A stretch of DNA of 64,000 bases from Entomortierella parvispora E1425 (Eukaryota; Fungi; Mortierellomycota), in contig BQFW01000008.1 in the NCBI GenBank assembly GCA_020891255.1, positions 2,418,001-2,482,000 on the forward strand. The letters are read 5' to 3'. Position numbers and translations under genes: made by a program. Every line of letters begins with the position of its first letter. Position 1 is the first letter of the stretch. Positions 57,870 to 64,000 of this stretch are shown one piece after another. The notes below the pieces were generated by a model, which saw nothing but the letters and a program-made list of their open reading frames with translations, was not told the DNA's origin and ran no database searches.

Positions 57870-58260
57870 ATTTTCTTGGGTTATTTCCTTTTGAAAGTCA
57901 CAATAAAATGTTCATGACGTCTTTTTTCTAAAAATCTAAAATTATATTTTTGCCGAACCCTGGTGGCCTTGGTGGCCGCTGGAGTGGCGTGGTTCCCCTG
58001 TCATGGCCGAAGAATTCTGTAGCCGTGGCGTAGTTGTTGCTGTGCCACTCGTTCAAGAATCATCCCAGCCCCTTTGGATCTAGCGCGTCATTTGCACCCT
58101 CCTCACAAGCCTCTCTCAGACCACGTCAGGGCTGATTCTTGCCAAGGCTATTCAAACCCACAATCAACAGCCCTTGCACTCATCCCAAAGACAATTCTTC
58201 ATTATCCCTTCAGCGCGTACTGCGTTTAGAGAGATGCTTGTTGTATTTTGACTAGACTAT

Positions 58261-60028
58261 TTACAAAACGTTGACGTTTCCAAGATCCTTGCAGGCCTGG
58301 TCAACACGCTTGACCATGGTCTTCTCGGCCTCACGGACCCAAACACGGGGATCGTAGAACTTCTTGTTGGGCTTGTTGGGGCCATCGGGGTTTCCGACCT
58401 GGGCCTGGAGGTAACCCTATGAGACATATACAAAATTAAGAGTTGCTCAGGTGAGTAAAACGAATTGCGAAGAGCAATTGAAATGGAGGACTGGGTAGTG
58501 AAAGTAGGTGGTGCCCCTTGCTTGTTTACCTTCTTGCTCTCGTAGAAGTTCTTGATGCCCTCCCAGTAAGCCCACTGGGTGTCTGAAGAGAAAAATAAAA
58601 GATAGAAAAGATAGCGATTAGATCAGAGGAACAATGTAGATAAAGAAAGGTTATGACCTTTTTTTTTTTTTTTTTTTTTTTTTTGGTGATCCAAAGTGCT
58701 CTCGTCCAGTTGTCCGTCATTGTGTTAAAGTTGACAGTCGCTGCCTGCAAAGGCGAAAGGTGGACACGACCTTGCATTATCTCAAAAATATGAGTCTGGT
58801 CTTCATTTTTTTTTCTTTATCGGTCCTTATCTGCTTCAAGGAACCCGATTTAAGACATCTGAAGATCAAAACCCAAAAACAATTGCAGAGCTGACTGTGT
58901 GTTTCCTGTCACTGCCTAAGTCGTGTTTGTTGTTTGATCCACACTGTCGGACCACCTGCCGCGATTCACTCCAGCGAATGTCAAGAGTCATAGAGGGGTG
59001 CGAAAGGAAAGTAGTAAAAGAGGTTTCTTACCAGTGTCAACGTTCATCTTGACAACACCAAAGTCGACAGCGGTCTTGATATCCTGCTCGGTCGATCCCG
59101 AACCTCCGTGGAAAACAAACCAGACAGGCTTGTTAGACTCAAGCTTGCGCTGCTCCTTGACGTACTGCTGGTGCTTGCCCAAAAGCTCGGGGTGGAGCTT
59201 GACGTTTCCGGGAGCGTAGACTCCGTGGACGTTACCGAAGGCAGCAGCAATCGAAAACAAATCGGTGATCTTGGAGAAGGCATCGTAGATATCGAGAATA
59301 TCCTGGGGCTGAGTGTAGAGGGAAGCGTTGTCGACCTCTGAGTTGTCAACACCATCCTCCTCGCCTCCGGTGATACCGATCTCCATCTCGAGATGGCAGT
59401 TGATCTTGGCCATGCGCTCAAGGTACTTGACGCAGACCTCGATGTTTTCTTCCTTGCTCTCCTCAGAGAGATCGAGCATGTGGGAGGAGAAGAGAGGCTC
59501 GCCGTGCTTCTGGAAGTACTCCTCGTCAGCAGCAAGCATACCATCGAACCAAGGAAGAAGCTTCTTGGCGCAGTGGTCAGAATGCAGGATGACGGGGATG
59601 CCGTAGGACTTGGCAACGGCACGGACGTGGTGGGCACCGGCGACGGCACCGAGGATGGAGGCAGCCTCGCCCTTGTTGGAAATACCCTTTCCGGCGTAGA
59701 AAGCGGCACCACCGTTAGAGAACTGGATGATAATGGGCGACTTGGCGTCACGAGCAGCCTCTGTTGAGTATCAGCAGTAGTGTGTGAGTTAGAAAACAAG
59801 GGTGACAAGGAATAAACACGGCCGGGGAGCAATGGAATGCATGCATGCCAGGGAGCAATGCGAAAAGAAATGAGGGTAATGTCACGTACCGAGGGCAGCG
59901 TTGATCGTGGAGGAAGAGGTGCAGTTGATGGCGGGGATGGCAAAACCGTGCTTGGAAGCGTAGGCAAAGACCTTGCGGACGTTGTCACCGGTGATGACGC
60001 CGGCGGGGACGATATCGAGGAGACCCAT
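58261..60028 (-). CDS. FBA1: Fructose-bisphosphate aldolase, class II (4 exons)
   Basis: MGLLDIVPAGVITGDNVRK...FAIPAINCTSSST; LHSDHCAKK; FSSHMLDLSEE; EMEIGITGGEEDGV; FVFHGGSGS; KMNVDT|DTQWAYW; C-terminal YDPRVWVRE. Confidence 0.98.
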
Positions 60029-60716
60029 GGCGGATAGAAGGGAGTGAGGTGAGTGTGTTGGGGAGAGAAAGAATGGGGAACAGAAGAAGAGAAGAGAAGA
60101 AAGAAGAAGGAACCTGGACAAGTGCAGGGCGTGAGACTTGCGCGAGGTGAGATCCGAGGGTGGACTGTTCTTTTTTTTGGCTTTTTTTTTTATTCTTTTT
60201 CTCACACTCACCTTGATGGGTTCCTCCTCGTGGCCCTTGCTCACCCTTGCTTGCCTGTGATCACTGCAAAGGAAACCGAGTCCTCTCCTACCATGCACTG
60301 ACACGCGACTAGCAGATACAGAAACACCCTTTCTTTCAGCAGGGATCCGATTTGATCCATCATGTTCCCTCTGCCTGTGTTTGAATGTCAAGTCGAAGGT
60401 AAGTTTGAGCAACAGAGTCGGGTTGCACTCCGAGAGCAGAGCAGACGCGTCTGACCATATGCAAATTACACCCTTAACAACCTCTGATTCGAATCGGTGG
60501 CTTGGTTGTTTATTGAGGAAGAAGGGATCCCCTCCCTGCCACAGGCTCCAGGGGACCTACACTCACCTGGAGACGAGACAGGCACTTCCATTGCTGCACA
60601 TCTCCATTACCACCCGCCGGCTTCTTGCTCCTTTCCTCTTTTGCTCATCCTCGCCGTCGCCAGTTGCCACCCCTTTCGCATTCTTCTCCCCCATCCTATT
60701 GACGACTCTTACACAC

Positions 60717-61765
60717 ATGCTCCGCACATTCTCAAGGCCAGCGGTGGCATCCACCAAGGCAGTCCGCACTTTCCTCACCTCTCTCCCCGCTTCGGACCGT
60801 CCCCGCTCCAAGGCTTTGGGTGCTGTCCGCGGCACTGGACAATCTCAGGATATGCTGGACATCACCAACCTGGAGGAGTTTGCCTTTGATGACTCGACCA
60901 CGGTACATACTTGTGTTGGATAGGAACCCTCGCTCAGACAAGCAACCAGGATATTCAGAAGACTGATATTCCTTGTACTCTACAATGCATCATAGATCGG
61001 TTACGACCATTTGGAGGCTCAGAAGGAAGTCAGAAAGTACCTCCGTATCGCCAAGTACGAGATTCCCAAGCTCAAGGGTAAGCATCAAGCTCTAGGACAG
61101 GCACCTAAACCCGAGGCTGAACCTCTCGACTGGACATTCTCAGGAACGCCAACTTGCACTCGAAGAATTGGATATCAGGGAACGGAGGCGTGGAAATTCT
61201 ATTAGATCTTTGGGATATGAGGGTATTGGGTCTCTCCTGGGACGATACATCAATCATCAGATATCCATAGCATCCAGGACAGAGGATCACTGTCGTATTT
61301 TGCTCTCTCGGACCATTCTCTAACATTTATTTTTACAATTTCGTTCCAGCTTTCGCCAAGCCCTTCCAGCCCCCAACAAAGACTGAGATTCTCAAGTTCC
61401 GCACAACAACCTACCTGGGAGAGCCCAACCACCCTGCTGCCCCCAAGGTAGTCTTGACCATCCAGACGAAATCATTACCCTTGACCAACCCTGAATTGCA
61501 CAAGTTTTTGCTGTTGGTTGGACCTCGTTACGACCCTGTTCGGGAGGAGATCAAGATGAGCTGTGAAAAGTTCCAGGACCGGTCTCAAAACTTCAAGTGG
61601 TTGAGCGATACATTGGACAAGTTGTTGGAGGAGTCCAAGAAGGATCCCGAGGCTATGCAGGAGTTGCCCTTGGATTTGAGACATGCTGCAAAGAACATGA
61701 AGCCCAAGGTTCGTTTCCCCAAGGAGTGGAACCGCCCTGCCAAGGCTGCTGCCACCAACGCATAG
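60717..61765 (+). CDS. RSM24: Mitochondrial small-subunit ribosomal protein mS35 (Rsm24/MRP-S28 domain), 3 exons
   Basis: Arg-rich presequence; FAFDD; EVRKYLRIAKYEIPKL; KPFQPP...LKFRTTTYLGEPNHPAAPKVVL; LVGPRYDP; KMSCEKF; NFKWLSDTLDKL; FPKEW. Confidence 0.9.
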
Positions 61766-62076
61766 AATGGAATTCTCGGGGATTGTCGTACCCCTTGAAC
61801 AAAACCCTCCCTTTTTCCTCAGAGGATTTATCAAACGGGAGAACGAAGGAGATGATGAAAAGATGCACAACGTTCTGTTCCACGCCGTTATTTTGTAGTA
61901 GTGGACCAGAACAAATATTTAGAGTGCAATTGCATAGAACTACTTTGAAATATAAAAACACTACCCATCAACACTCGTAGATCTTAATGTATTGTACATG
62001 CTGATTATTGCTTCTTTGGAGAGTACTGGTGGACAGTCCGTAAGGAGAAGGAAAATCTTCTATTTGGAAAATCGAG

Positions 62077-62730
62077 CTATCCTCGCAAATAATGATCCAG
62101 ATCAAACTTCTTGCTGGCCGATATCCGAGCGTCGACACCTCTCAGATGACCAGCATCCATCTCTGCCTTGACGATATGATGTCCTGGAATCATGACCAAT
62201 CCTACAAATCTCCTCTCTATGAACAAGGAAAAAAAGGGCACAAATGTGAGCGAGACTCTTAAAAGTCGGAACGAAGACGATGCAATGAAGGATTCTTCTT
62301 CATCAGCTGTCACTGTCGTAGCTATTGCTGTTGAAGCCACTTCCATGAACCCGACTGTCCTCCGAATACCCTTTCATCTGTATTTACCTTCTTTCGACTG
62401 CCTTTGCCTTGATGAGATCGTCTCGTCCAAACTGAGACTTGTCCCTGGCGTTACTGGAGCTGTTGTTGCTGTGGAAGATTGTGATGGTTCTGAAGCGTTC
62501 GCTGCCCTCGGGTTCGTCTTGTGAGGTCGGGATTCATACGCGCCTGCGAGAATGATATTTTTGGAATGATCAATGCACATGAACTGCCCGACAAAGAGTC
62601 GTCCATCTGTAATCTCGATCCGCGTGTTTCGATTCAGAAATGAACGTAATTTGGCAACCATGATGGGATCCTCTTCCTCCACGGACGCTGTTGTCGCTGC
62701 TGTCGTTGGTAATGCTGGTGATGCTTCCAT
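62077..62730 (-). CDS. NAA38: LSM-domain NatC auxiliary subunit (NAA38/Mak31/LSMD1-like)
   Basis: Sm1 KLRSFLNRNTRIEITDGRLFVGQFMCIDHSKNIIL and Sm2 ERRFVGLVMIPGHHIVK, separated by a low-complexity loop and an intron. Confidence 0.8.
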
Positions 62731-63229
62731 TGTGAACTTGTCTTCTCTGGGTGAGGGTGTAGAGAAAAAGAGGACGGGGCTTTATTACCTCTGACCAAGG
62801 CGGGAAAAAAGTGGCCGTCACTGAACGCCACCAAAATCTTCCATTCAAGTAAGCACCATCTTGCCCCGTTTCCATAGTTGAAGGATGTTTTCTTTTAATG
62901 GTGAATAATGCGCTACTATACAAGACCAGAACGGTCTAGTGGATTATTTTTTTTGGAGGGAAAAAAAAGAGGGAAAAGAAACGAATGCTGGAGAGTAAAA
63001 TTACAGGTTTTGTTGTAAAGACAAGGTCCCAATCGATCGCTTCACAACATTGAAGCGCTCTTAGCAAAAAAAAAAAGCGAACATTTGTGAAGACGGGTGC
63101 GAGAACGACAAGTGGGTTGTACAGAGAGAGAAAAATAAAAACACAAGAGTAAAGGAATGGAAGGGGGAAAGGCAAGGAACAATAAATATCCAGCCATGGA
63201 GGGGTGTAAGAACAGTTGGATTTCTTTCC

Positions 63230-64000
63230 TCAGCACATGGCGCGGGATCTAAAGTCCTCACTCTCGACAGCATCCTGCGAAACGGCGCTGGGGCTAACCA
63301 AGTGGTGGACAGGCATGGGCACGTTCAGTCGAGGATTGGGTGCAGAACTGTACATGGCGCCTGTGGAGGCGACCCAGGCCTTCTGAGCAGCTGCAGACGC
63401 TGAGCCGTAACCGTCCGCAGAGTAGGAATGAGACATGCTCATATCCTCTGGGAGAGGAGCATCGTTACCGCCATCAGGCGAAGGGTATTGGTCCTGGTTG
63501 TTGCGAATCGGTCCCTTATACACGGGCATCACCTCGCCTTCATCCAAAGAGGGCTGGTTAGGTAAGGATGGGCGTCTCTTGAATTGCTCTTGAGGCACGG
63601 GCATCTGGATGTGCTGTGTCGTAGACTCGGTCATTCCTTGCCGACTGGACGAACCACGCTTGTTGGAGCTGGGCTGGTTCACAGGCACACCCTGAGGCAT
63701 GTAACTGCTCGTGGGAGAAGGAACGGAAGTGGCCTTTGAGACGGGAGAAGCATAGCGGCTCGAGGTCTCTGTGGAAGCAGCCGAGGCAACGGTCGTGTTG
63801 GGAGCCGAGGCATTAACGGCCGACGCAGCCTGGAGCTGCATGAAATCTTGCAAGCTCGATGCAAGGTCCGACTCTGTGATACGCAAGTCAAAGTCGAGGA
63901 GCGAGAGCAATTGCTTCTCCATCAAGTTGACCTCCCCAACCGAGAACACGGAAGAGTGAGCAGACCAATGCTTGTTCTTGGGAGACTGATCGTTCAAGTA
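63230..64000 (-). CDS. Pho85 cyclin, Pcl1/Pcl2 family, C-terminal part (5' end beyond the window)
   Basis: LNDQSPKNKHWSAHSSVFSVGEVNLMEKQLLSLLDFDLRI is the Pcl cyclin-box signature. An S/P/Q-rich tail follows. Confidence 0.88.
   Translation of the reverse strand, partial: YLNDQSPKNKHWSAHSSVFSVGEVNLMEKQLLSLLDFDLRITESDLASSLQDFMQLQAASAVNASAPNTTVASAASTETSSRYASPVSKATSVPSPTSSYMPQGVPVNQPSSNKRGSSSRQGMTESTTQHIQMPVPQEQFKRRPSLPNQPSLDEGEVMPVYKGPIRNNQDQYPSPDGGNDAPLPEDMSMSHSYSADGYGSASAAAQKAWVASTGAMYSSAPNPRLNVPMPVHHLVSPSAVSQDAVESEDFRSRAMC

Noticed and set aside
58583-59031. Long FBA1 intron with a TGCAAGG/CCTTTGCA hairpin, as a possible intronic snoRNA or TPP riboswitch
   Set aside because: No paired C/D boxes or TPP consensus could be identified by eye. 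An Infernal/Rfam scan would be needed.
59044-59988. 314-aa minus-strand ORF overlapping FBA1
   Set aside because: It is an alternative frame of a highly codon-biased gene, S/P/T-rich with no domain.
60487-60496. GATTCGAATC, resembling a tRNA T-loop/B-box
   Set aside because: No cloverleaf or A-box around it. It is a short palindrome in the FBA1/RSM24 promoter.

Overview
Eukaryotic nuclear DNA from an intron-rich fungus. Short GT-AG introns, class II aldolase, a S/T-kinase-AAA-GAF-PAS hybrid histidine kinase and expanded DUF3712 genes suggest an early-diverging fungus, probably Mortierellaceae (inference, no search run). Host genes, left to right: FHA/TQ-repeat MDC1-like gene (runs off the left edge), CAMK-group kinase, hybrid histidine kinase, mitochondrial sulfurtransferase, Zn-motif/RING gene, a tail-to-tail pair of DUF3712 paralogs with patchwork identity, F-box/WD40, double Zn-ribbon (SSSCA1-like), TlpA-like thioredoxin, a hidden 3-exon 'FDDDLDFCP' gene, FBA1, mitoribosomal mS35, NAA38/Mak31 and a Pcl cyclin (runs off the right edge). 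The main result is a ~16.5 kb island at ~41.4-57.9 kb. It holds two divergently oriented, 7-exon, very large (~1,780 and ~1,580 aa) Fanzor (eukaryotic TnpB-family) genes. Both have intact RuvC D/E/D residues, the same six intron positions and phases, a shared N-terminal OTU-like extension, a shared promoter motif and nucleotide conservation at their 3' ends (candidate omegaRNA or element end). Between them lie a minisatellite-built protein, a canonical Helitron 3' terminus with a decayed helicase tail, and decayed gene fragments. No intact transposase was seen in the window.
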